NCBI GenBank assembly: GCA_002269645.1
Contig: NIVC01002780.1
Span: 55,359 to 119,358 of the forward strand
DNA: 64,000 nt
Origin: Macrostomum lignano
Taxonomy: Eukaryota
Direction of reading: 5' to 3'
In this document: positions 54,401 to 64,000 of the stretch, piece after piece
Numbering within the stretch: position 1 is the first letter of the stretch
How the letters are laid out: every line of letters starts with the position of its first letter
Notes under the pieces: model-generated
The model's database searches: none
Told to the model about the DNA's origin: nothing
Seen by the model: only the letters and a program-made list of their open reading frames with translations
Translations under genes and position numbers: made by a program

Positions 54401-57400
54401 TGTCTGACTGTCTGTCTATCTCTCCTGTGTCTGACTGACTGTCTATCTCTCCTGTGTCTGACTGTCTGTCTATCTGTCCTGTGTCTGACTGTCTGTCTAT
54501 CTCTCCTGTGTCTGACTGACCGTCTATCTGTCCTGTGTCTGACTGTCTGTCTATCTGTCCTGTGTCTGACTGTCTGTCTATCTGTCCTGTGTCTGACTGT
54601 CTGTCTATCTGTCCTGTGTCTGACTGTCTGTCTATCTCTCCTGTGTCTGACTGACTGTCTATCTCTCCTGTGTCTGACTGACTGTCTATCTCTCCTGTGT
54701 CTGACTGACTGTCTATCTCTCCTGTGTCTGACTGACCGTCTATCTGTCCTGTGTCTGACTGTCTGTCTATCTGTCCTGTGTCTTACTGTCTGTCTATCTG
54801 TCCTGTGTCTGACTGTCTGTCTATCTGTCCTGTGTCTGACTGACTGTCTATCTCTCCTGTGTCTGACTGTCTATCTCTCCAGTGTCTGACTGACTGTCTA
54901 TCTCTCCTGTGTCTGACTGACTGTCTATCTCTCCTGTGTCTGACTGACTGTCTATCTCTCCTGTGTCTGACTGACCGTCTATCTGTCCTGTGTCTGACTG
55001 TCTGTCTATCTGTCCTGTGTCTGTCTGTCTATCTCTCCTGTGTCTGACTGTCTGTCTATCTGTCCTGTGTCTGACTGACTGTCTATCTCTCCTGTGTCTG
55101 ACTGTCTGTCTTTCCTGTGTCTGACTGTCTGTCTTTCCTGTCTGACTGTTTGTCTTTCCTGTGTCTGACTGTTTTCCTGTCTCTATCTCTCCTGTGTCTG
55201 ACTGCCTATCTCTCCTATGTCTGACTGTCTGTTTTTTCCTGTCTAACTGTCTGTCTTTCCTGTGTCTGACTGTCTGTTTTTTCCTGTCTAACTGTCTGTC
55301 TTTCCTGTGTCTGACTGTCTGTTTTTTCCTGTCTAACTGTCTGTCTTTCCTGTGTCTGACTGTCTGTTTTTTCCTGTCTAACTGTCTGTCTTTCCTGTGT
55401 CTGACTGTCTGTTTTTTCCTGTGTCTGACTGTCTGTCTCCTGTGTCTATCTCTCCTGTGTCTGACTGTGTCTGTCTTCTGTTTTCCTGTCTCTATCTCTC
55501 CTGTGTCTGACTGTGTCTGTAGTGTCTCCTATGCCTGTCTGTCTCTTGTCCACTATATTAAATTATCCATAAAATGTGCATTCAAAGTGCAATTTTCATA
55601 TGTACCTTTATTATAACATACATAGCGCTCTACTGTTAGTAGCTAAAAACACCAATCATCCGCTTAGAGTATTATAGTTTTGTATATTCCAAATCTCGCC
55701 TTTATAGGAGCGCATGTAAAATAATCCTTGTGATTCTTTCCTGCCCTGTTTCTAACAGTATTAACCTTCCCTTGGCGTCGCTGGCCTTACAAAGCGGGCC
55801 CCAAGCAAGCATTTTTCTTTTTGCACCGCTAATCTACTAATCTGGCACTGCCGCAGCTATTAGCTGCATTGCCTTCTGCTTCAAGCCAGCTGCTTAGCCG
55901 CCCCCGGACGTGTTCTTTCTTTTTTCCGCTTAGCTTCGCAGCCTTTTCAAAATCTTCCTCACTTCTCGTGTTCCCCTTTCTGACCCTTTCGCTAATACTC
56001 CTTAATTGACGTCCTAATAGCTCACAGCTGCTTGATCTGCCCGTCACTGCCTACGTATCTGCCTGCATCTGTAGCTGTGTACGTGATTGCCCGCATTTCC
56101 CCATCTCGTCCCATCTTTCCCGTTCTCGTCCTCATCTCTCCTCATCTATTCCCATCTCTTCCCGTCTCTCTCAGTCTCTTCCCGTCTCTCCCCATCTCTC
56201 CTCATCTCTTCCCATCTCTCCCCGTATCTCCCCATTTCTCCATACCTCCCATCTCTCCCCATTTCTCCTCGTATCTCCTCATTTCTCCCCGTCTCCCCTC
56301 ATTTCTCCCCACCTCCCATCTCGTCCCCATCTCTCCCGTCTCTCCCATCTCTCCCATCTCTCCCCGTCTCTCTTCATTTCTCCCCACCTCCCATCTCTCC
56401 CCATCTCCCATCTCTTCCTCATCTCTCCCCGTCTCCCGTCTGTTCCCCATCTCTTCCCATCTCCTCATCTCTCCCCGTCTCTCCTCGTCTCTTTCCCATC
56501 TCTCCCCATCTCCCAACTCTCTTCATCTCTCCCCGCATCTGCTTATCTCACACAATCTCTTCCTGTCTCCCCTGTCCATCTATTTTCTTGTCATCGCCTT
56601 CCATCTGTCAGATATCGAATTTCTTTGTCAGTAAGTATCTAAACTGTGGGTTCTTTAAACAAAAATCAACCAAGCATTTGCAATTTTTCATACTGGTAAT
56701 CTAGCCCAGTGAAGCATACATTGTCAAGATTTCTCTGCACTTCAGACAATATCCAGCCACTCAGCTTCCAAGCCTCTTCTTGTCCCTGCTGTTGTCCCCT
56801 GCCCTGCTTGCAACTTTTGTTTGTGCAGAAAATTTATTTCTTATTATGTTTGGCTTGTCCGTTTCTATTATTAGAGTGAGTTTTCTTGAAGTTTCTTTAC
56901 AGAATATAACAGCTTCTGTGTTGTTTTTCGGTTTTAGCATAGCTACTCACATGCTGTTGTTATTCTGGCTTCTCGTGTTTGGTCTTGCCTAAAGCTCACT
57001 CTTAATAACTAACCTTGCATTCTAACGGTGTGTGTGTGTGTGTTCTGTCTTCTTCTTTTCTCTTGCCAATTGCCAATAAACAAATCCTTGAGTTTTAAGA
57101 TTTTTTATCCTTTCAGACCCGGAGTTCACACTGACAACATTGTTTTCTAAATGCTGGAGAAATTCTCGAAAATTGTTTATCCGACTCGATTGGATAAATT
57201 AATTCTCCCACTCTCATTATCACTCACTCACTCACTCACTCACTCACTCCCATTTTCTCACTCGTTCACTTACTTTCATTCAATCACTCATTCATTCATT
57301 CATTCACCCACTCATTCACTCACTCCCATTCTCTCACTCTCGTTCACTCACTTTCATTCAATCACATTCGTTCACTCACGCCCATTTTCTCACATTCGTT

Positions 57401-59331
57401 CACTCACTCCCATTCTCTCACATTCGTTCACTCACTTTTATTCACTCATTCCATTCTCTCACACTCATTCACTCACTTTCATTCAATCACATTCGTTCAC
57501 TCACGCCCATTTTCTCACATTCGTTCACTCACTTTCATTCACTCACTCCATTCTCTCACACTCGTTCACTCACTTTCATTCTCTCACTCCATTCTCTCAC
57601 ACTCGTTCACTCACTTTCATTCTCTCACACTCGTTCACTCACTTTCACTCTCACATTCGTTCACTCACTTTTATTCTCTCACACTCGTTCACTCACTTTC
57701 ATTCTCTCACTCCATTCTCTCACACTCGTTCACTCACTTTCATTCTCTCACATTCGTTCACTCACTCCCACTCTCTCACACTCGTTCACTCACTTTCATT
57801 CTCTCCTTCCCCTCTTTCCCTCTCTCACACTCGTTCACTCACTCTCATGAACTTTTTGTTGTATTAAAACTTAACTTGCTCGTTCCAAAACTGGCTTTAT
57901 TCATTTATTGGGTGCCAGTAAAGACTTTCTGTTCCGAGGTTAGGCTACGGGCTGTTTAAGGACAAGTAGGGAGTTGGCGCGAGCGCACATGACGCGCAGT
58001 ACAGTAGGGGCGGGAGAGGCCTGGATTCTGTTTATAATTGGCCTGGATGGGTACCTTGGCTACCTGTCTGAAATAGCACTACAATATTGAGACTGTGCAA
58101 TTGCAAGTTTTCTCGTAGCTAGATAGGTAGATAGATGAAGTATATATAAAGGTAATTTGTCTATTTGAACACCAAACTGTTCAGCTAAAGGACTCCGAGT
58201 GCGGTCAGGTTAGGAAAAGGTCTTGGCTGGTAGTAGGGCGGTACCCTGCCCTCAGTTTTCATTTCTTTATAGTCGATTCCCATTGGCTCGGCCTGTCTCA
58301 CCCTCTGCCTACCCTTCACTCTCTCTCCACCTCTCTCCCATTTGCGCACAAGGCGACCTAGACGGATCAGCTGATCGGTCTGTCTGAGCAATATACCTAC
58401 TCTTGTACGTACACAGCGTGCTTTGTATTGCTAGGAGCAGCGCGTGTGTGTTTAGTACCTTTGTGTGTGACCCGCCCGCCTGCCTGCGTGTCCTCAAGCC
58501 AGATTTCTTCTGTCTATAACCGTGTGCGCGTGTGTACCCCATTGAACACTGTTGTTGGCTCCCCGGGTATTGGGCAGAGTGAAACAGAGTGCATCGCCTG
58601 CTGAAGTTGGGGGGTAGAGTGGCGGTCCGCCCTCCTCTCTCCCTCTCCGCTCGTCCCCCTCTATCCGATCTCTCTTTCCTACGTGCCTCTTCAAAATAAA
58701 AAGCACTTTTTTTCAACGCCCAACCATTTGCCGTTCAGGCAGCTCCAGTTTTTTAATATATTTTCTCCGTCCTATCTCGCTTTCAAGCCCCTTCACTATA
58801 ACGAGTTCGACTCGTGTCTCCCTGCTCTCTTTACCTAAGCCGTTTCAGTCTGTACCGCCCTGATTAGTCAGGGTCTCATAAGGCTGCTGTGTGCTTGCCT
58901 GCTTGCGCGCGTACTAAAAAAAACACAGTCAGCTCAACTCTCACAGAGCTGCGCGCTTGTCTACCTGGGTGGTGCAGTATTATATCTGTCTCGTACTTGA
59001 GCTTTCCTAATTCTCCAACTCCAGAGTCTCTTTCCGTCTCCAAAAGTAAATATATATTATAATAGTAAATCGCCATACACAGATGGCTAACGCTCTGATA
59101 ATTCTCCAGGCCTATGCTGCTTGCCGCATATTTAGTACATCCAGTCCTATTATTAGTATATAGAGCGCAATCCTAATCGAAGAGTAAGAGAAATTGAATC
59201 CAATCCGGCTGATTTTCGATCAACGCGCTGACTTACAGATCCGTGCCATTGAAGAAGCGGGCGCGGCTAACCACAGCCGAGGAGGCCAGCGATACAAACG
59301 CCAACACGGGCAACTGCGCTGCCGTAACTAA
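51414..59331 (+). CDS. Unidentified basic Ser/Arg/Lys-rich low-complexity protein; exons 51414-51475, 51661-51703, 53341-53723 and probably 59239-59331; 3' end not found
   Basis: ATG at 51414 gives MARKSKKSARGKKQSAKSSS, donor AG|GTAAGT. Exon 2 (phase 2-0, GTAAGT) gives RRSTSSAASSSIASS. Exon 3 gives AADRQSRGSRKSPHRR...SRKRK...ASL, donor AG|GTTTGT. Exon 59239-59331 (phase 2-2, acceptor acttacag, donor GTGAGT) gives RSVPLKKRARLTTAEE. Phases are compatible and no domain was recognised. Confidence 0.65.
51775..53240. repeat. 16-bp TTAGGG-containing minisatellite (~90 copies), intronic
   Basis: Unit GGAGTTTAGGGACTGT, with TTTAGTG and TTTACGG variants. Confidence 0.95.
53837..55545. repeat. 27-bp CTGT-derived minisatellite, degenerate after ~55110
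   Basis: Unit CTGTCTGTCTATCTGTCCTGTGTCTGA. It produces the 9-aa periodicity in ORF 53726-54889. Confidence 0.93.
56090..56575. repeat. Degenerate CT-rich low-complexity tract
   Basis: Built from CCCATCTCT / CCCCGTCTC-like motifs. Confidence 0.8.
57212..57845. repeat. Degenerate CACT/CATT satellite
   Basis: Recurrent CATTCTCTCACACTCGTTCACTCACTTT motifs. Confidence 0.85.
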
Positions 59332-59390
59332 GTGAGTATATTTTGTTTGACTGTTGCATTCTGTTGATCACGTCTATGCATTTTTAACTT

Positions 59391-59980
59391 CCTGTGAGAG
59401 AATCGCCCCTGAACCAACCATCCCTGTGAGAGAATCGCCCCCGAACCAACCATCCCTGTGAGAGAATCGCCCCTGAACCAACCACACCTGTGAGAGAATC
59501 GCTCCTGAACCAACCATCCCTGTGAGAGAATCGCCCCTGAACCAACCACACCTGTGAGAGAATCGCTCCTGAACCAACCATCCCTGTGAGAGAATCGCCC
59601 CTGAACCAAACAGCAATGCGAGAGAATCGCCCCTGAACCAACCATCCCTGTGAGAGAATCGCCCCTGAACCAACCACACCTGTGAGAGAATCGCTTCTGA
59701 ACCAACCATACCTGTGAGAGAATCGCCCCTGAACCAACCATACCTGTGAGAGAATCGCCCGTGAACTTACCATAACTGTGAGAGAATCATTCCTGAAGCA
59801 ACCATAGCTGTGAGAGAATCGCACCTGAACCAAACAGCCCTGTAGAGAATCGCCCCTGAACCAACCATCCCTGTGAGAGAATCGCCCCTGAACCAACCAT
59901 CCCTGTGAGAGAATTGCCCCTGAACCAAACATCCCTGTGAGAGAATTGCCCCTGAACCAAACATCCCTGTGAGAGAATTG
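59391..59980. repeat. 32-bp minisatellite (~18 copies)
   Basis: Unit CCTGTGAGAGAATCGCCCCTGAACCAACCATC, contiguous with no unique spacers. Confidence 0.93.
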
Positions 59981-60364
59981 CCATGAACTGACAGACCACG
60001 CAATAGTATACAGTACAGTAATCAAGTGCTGAAATTCAATAGGTCTCGGTGCTAACTAACGTATAACTAGTACGAAGGCAAGGCTTTTGCGTGTGCTAAG
60101 CATTTTTTCCTGACAGGTCTCTGTACATTCTTTTTGTCCCTATAGAAAGTCAACTCGTTACAATGTATATGTATATATATATATATACTCTGGGCGTCAA
60201 CTTGCTTTTCAAGTCAGCACGTCAAGTCCATTTCGCTCACGCTCTATGCAAACAAATAAAGGCAACCACGCCAGACCGGGGGTATGATATTCTTAGTGCA
60301 CTATATATAGAAAATCAATTGCAGCATTGTAACTTGAACTCGTTTCAGTATTTCGCCAGGTTTA

Positions 60365-61757
60365 CCAGAATCATTCAGTCCTCATGTCCAGAATCATTCA
60401 GTCCTCATGTCCAGAATCATTCAGTCCTCATGTCCAGAATCATTCAGTCCTCATGTCCAGAATCATTCAGTCCTCATGTCCAGAATCATTCAGTCCTCAT
60501 GTCCAGAATCATTCAGTCCTCATGTCCAGAATCATTCAGTCCTCATATCCAGAATCATTCAGTCCTCATGTCCAGAATCATTCAGTCCTCATGTCCAGAA
60601 TCATTCAGTCCTCATGTCCAGAATCATTCAGTCCTCATGTCCAGAATCATTCAGTCCTCATGTCCAGAATCATTCAGTCCTCATGTCCAGAATCATTAAG
60701 TCCTCATGTCCAGAATCATTCAGTCCTCATGTCCAGAATCATTCAGTCCTCATATCCAGAATCATTCAGTCCTCATGTCCAGAATCATTCAGTCCTCATG
60801 TCCAGAATCATTCAGTCCTCATGTCCAGAATCATTCAGTCCTCATGTCCAGAATCATTCAGTCATCATGTCCAGAATCATTCAGTCCTCATGTCCAGAAT
60901 CATTCAGTCCTCATGTCCAGAATCATTCAGTCCTCATGTCCAGAATCATTCAGTCCTCATGTCCAGAATCATTCAGTCCTCATGTCCAGAATCATTCAGT
61001 CCTCATGTCCAGAATCATTCAGTCCTCATGTCCAGAATCATTCAGTCCTCATGTCCAGAATCATTCAGTCCTCATATCCAGAATCATTCAGTCCTCATGT
61101 CCAGAATCATTCAGTCCTCATGTCCAGAATCATTAAGTCCTCATGTCCAGAATCATTCAGTCCTCATGTCCAGAATCATTCAGTCCTCATGTCCAGAATC
61201 ATTCAGTCCTCATGTCCAGAATCATTAAGTCCTCATGTCCAGAATCATTCAGTCCTCATGTCCAGAATCATTCAGTCCTCATATCCAGAATCATTCAGTC
61301 CTCATGTCCAGAATCATTCAGTCCTCATGTCCAGAATCATTCAGTCCTCATGTCCAGAATCATTCAGTCCTCATGTCCAGAATCATTCAGTCATCATGTC
61401 CAGAATCATTCAGTCCTCATGTCCAGAATCATTCAGTCCTCATGTCCAGAATCATTCAGTCCTCATGTCCAGAATCATTCAGTCCTCATGTCCAGAATCA
61501 TTCAGTCCTCATGTCCAGAATCATTCAGTCCTCATGTCCAGAATCATTCAGTCCTCATGTCCAGAATCATTCAGTCCTCATGTCCAGAATCATTCAGTCC
61601 TCATGTCCAGAATCATTCAGTCCTCATATCCAGAATCATTCAGTCCTCATATCCAGAATCATTCAGTCCTCATGTCCAGAATCATTCAGTCCTCATGTCC
61701 AGAATCATTCAGTCCTCATCTGCAGAATCATTCAGTCCTCATGTCCAGAATCATTCA
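60365..61757. repeat. Highly homogeneous 23-bp minisatellite (~60 copies)
   Basis: Unit CCAGAATCATTCAGTCCTCATGT. It generates the overlapping periodic ORFs in all three plus frames. Confidence 0.97.
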
Positions 61758-62521
61758 CGCCCTCAGCCCCAAAATCCTTTATTGCCCCAATTTAATCCCC
61801 GTTCTCAGAATCCTCCAGCCTTCATCCCTAGAGTACTGTAATCCTCACGCTCAAATTACCTTAACGCTCATTCCCCAGCCCTTAGTAGTTCTTAATTCCC
61901 CATAGTTCTAGATAAAATTGAGCTGATCTATTTCTTTAATCTAAATTCTACATGCAATGAGTACATCTAATATCAATAGTTTACAGTATGAAAATCAGTT
62001 GTATGAATAGTTGAACTGTATACATTTGTATGCTTGATTGTGTTCTATTTTTGGATTCTCATCACCAAGCAAAGCAAAAGCAAACTTGTGCATAGTGACA
62101 TCGTAGCTTCTGTATAATGGCTTTGATGGGCTTTGATGCAGATTTGTTGTTAACTGACCCGGCCAGTTCCAATGCACAAAAGTTAAACCATTAACAAGAG
62201 AGTATTCATAAGCAGGCGATGGAAGCCGCAGAGCTGCATTTGTGTGTACTTTTCATTTTTAATCAACTGGCTGCATAGGCTGGCTGAAATCTGCGGGCTC
62301 TGTCTGGGCCGGTGCGGGATCTTGTCACGTGCTACTTTCCTGTACCGAATATCTATCTATCCCCCTAGCCGCCCAGCACTAGCTTTGATATTTGGTGCAT
62401 ATAGTGCGCCTGGTTGCTAATGATACTACTCACTAGAATAAGTAGTGTGCCTTTTTTAAAATAAGAAAATACATTCGCCACTTAATCAATGCTGTCGGAG
62501 AAGGAACCGAATGCGATATGT

Positions 62522-64000
62522 GGAAATGAGTGCAAAACCCCGGGAGAGGTTGAGTAAAAATAGAACTGCGATGATGAGGAGAGACGGAGACGTGAGGAGA
62601 CAAGAGTGTGGATCTCAGTGCACCGCTAACGCACTCGCTCCTGCTAGGACGGAGGATTCCATGCAGTTCGCGGATCTGATAAATCCTCTCTATACACAGC
62701 TATCGTACAGACAGCGTGCGTGCGGGTTGGGCAGTTTTTCCTCAACTGGCAATCCTAGTTTATTCCGCAATCTTTTCTCCCCTCTCTTTCTCCCCTCTTA
62801 TTCCTGTCTTCGAGTTCCCCTCGTTGGATTTATGGGGGAAAGCTGCTAGCAGATCTCTCTCTCTCTCTCTCTTTGTACTTTTCCACCCCTTTCCCTATGA
62901 CGAATCCCTTCTACGAGTTTTGTCTCGCATAGAGACGCCTAACCGCAGTCAATCCTGTGAAACTTGTCTCTGCCTGGCTGAAAGCTTGTAATGAGTGAGT
63001 AGGCTGGGTTGGAGGGTAATAGTGGATCGGGAAGGGCTGTGGGTAGCTGTATAGGAAGGCAGGCCTATACCTGTACCAAGGTGCTCTGACGGTATCCCTC
63101 AGGCGCCCTCTGAGCGAACAGCCAGCGACCCTATTAAAGCTGGAGTGTGCCAGAACCAGGACTGAGTCTGAGCAGGACGGGACCGTTGGCACGGTCACAA
63201 TAGAAATGGCGGGTTGGCGAAGCAAAGGGTGAAATAGTCCCGGCGATTAGCCCTCCTGCCGCTTCAAAGATAAGAGACTGTCTGTTGGCAAGAGTACCCG
63301 GGGTCTAGTTGGGGGGGAGGCTCCTTCGGGTTGCCACGGCCTTGGGGGCGGTCAAATGACCGGCATTGGCTTTTCTAACCCAGGAGTAGGCACGGGCTTC
63401 CCTGAATGGTTCACTCAACCCTCTCTGGCCCCGGGGAGGTTTTTGATATGTACCCGGGGGTGGTGGGCGGTCGGCCCCAGCATGGTTGCCACGGCTCTAG
63501 GCCTTCGGGCCATCCCTAATAGGCTAAGGGGCCTTCTAACCTGGTTTTTGGGCACGGGCTCCTGACTGGTTCGTCGAACCGCTGTCACTGTCCCCCGGGG
63601 AGGTTTGGATTTTATGATATTGCCCTGTACAGTCCTCTATAGTCTAATTGGCTTTTAGTGTACATTAGTACACTCCCAATCTGGAACCTAAATTATCTCT
63701 AGTGGCGTAAGAGCCTTTTTACTTAGGCTGAGGCGCCGGAAGTACTTATCATAGTCATAGTCATAGTCATAGTCATAGGAAATGAGTGCAAAACCCCGGG
63801 AGAGGTTGAGTAAAAATAAAACTGCGATGATGAGGAGAGACGGAGACGTGAGGAGACAAGAGTGTGGATCTCAGTGCACCGCTAACGCACTCGCTCCTGC
63901 TAGGACGGAGGATTCCATGCAGCTCGCGGATCTGATAAATCCTCTCTATACACAGCTATCGTACAGCGTGCGTGCGGGTTGGGCAGTTTTTCCTCAACTG
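62522..64000. mobile_element. Retroelement-like unit bounded by >=220-bp direct repeats, with a (CATAGT)5 tract
   Basis: 62522-62749 is repeated almost exactly from 63779 to the window end. (CATAGT)n at 63750-63778 abuts the second copy. There is no RT ORF. Read on the minus strand, the repeat ends in a pyrimidine-rich stretch followed by the hexamer tail, like a non-LTR 3' end. Confidence 0.5.

Noticed and set aside
57117-57150. Terminal exon (RPGVHTDNIVF-stop) for the basic-protein gene
   Set aside because: The acceptor is good and the phase fits, but the 59239-59331 exon has stronger coding character. It cannot be decided without transcripts and may be an alternative end.
53726-57867. Leu/Cys/Ser/His-rich long ORFs
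   Set aside because: These are low-complexity satellite translations with no splice or domain support.
59328-60025. Overlapping ORFs or CRISPR-like 32-bp repeats
   Set aside because: This is a head-to-tail minisatellite without spacers, and the ORFs are repeat artefacts.
60163-61905. Long ORFs (up to 399 aa) in the 23-bp array; CRISPR-like appearance
   Set aside because: The units are contiguous with no unique spacers and there are no cas genes. The ORFs only reflect a stop-free repeat unit.

Overview
This is intron-rich animal genomic DNA with no prokaryotic features. The gene set and repeat landscape suggest a free-living flatworm such as Macrostomum, but this is inference only. Supported genes: a two-exon NPY/NPF neuropeptide precursor (minus, 10920-11412); an intronless otopetrin-family proton channel (minus, 14273-16213); a 15-exon polypyrimidine tract-binding protein PTB/hephaestus (plus, 18672-36130, about 637 aa, four RRMs); a three-exon IFT80 (minus, 38912-41733, about 786 aa); and the first four exons of an unidentified basic Ser/Arg-rich protein (plus, 51414 to at least 59331). 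The rest is MITEs and a foldback element, Tc1 and hAT relics, an RTE LINE fragment with target-site duplication, two CORE-type tRNA SINEs and many mini/microsatellites. Main observations: (1) two ~1-kb mutually inverted (GACA)n/(TGTC)n arrays that share rare interruptions bracket PTB exons 2-3, a possible dsRNA-driven skipping or circRNA switch; (2) PTB keeps the 34-nt frameshift/NMD exon known from vertebrates; (3) the NPY peptide ends GRPGY-amide instead of GRPRF/Y-amide; (4) a ~4.4-kb block has no CpG that I could find, and nearby duplicate pairs differ mostly at CG/TG/CA sites, suggesting targeted methylation-driven or RIP-like hypermutation; (5) a TTAGGG-containing minisatellite lies next to its unexpanded progenitor; (6) a tandem structured-RNA-like module shows compensatory changes near 63.3-63.6 kb. 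All coordinates were read by eye and no database searches were run.
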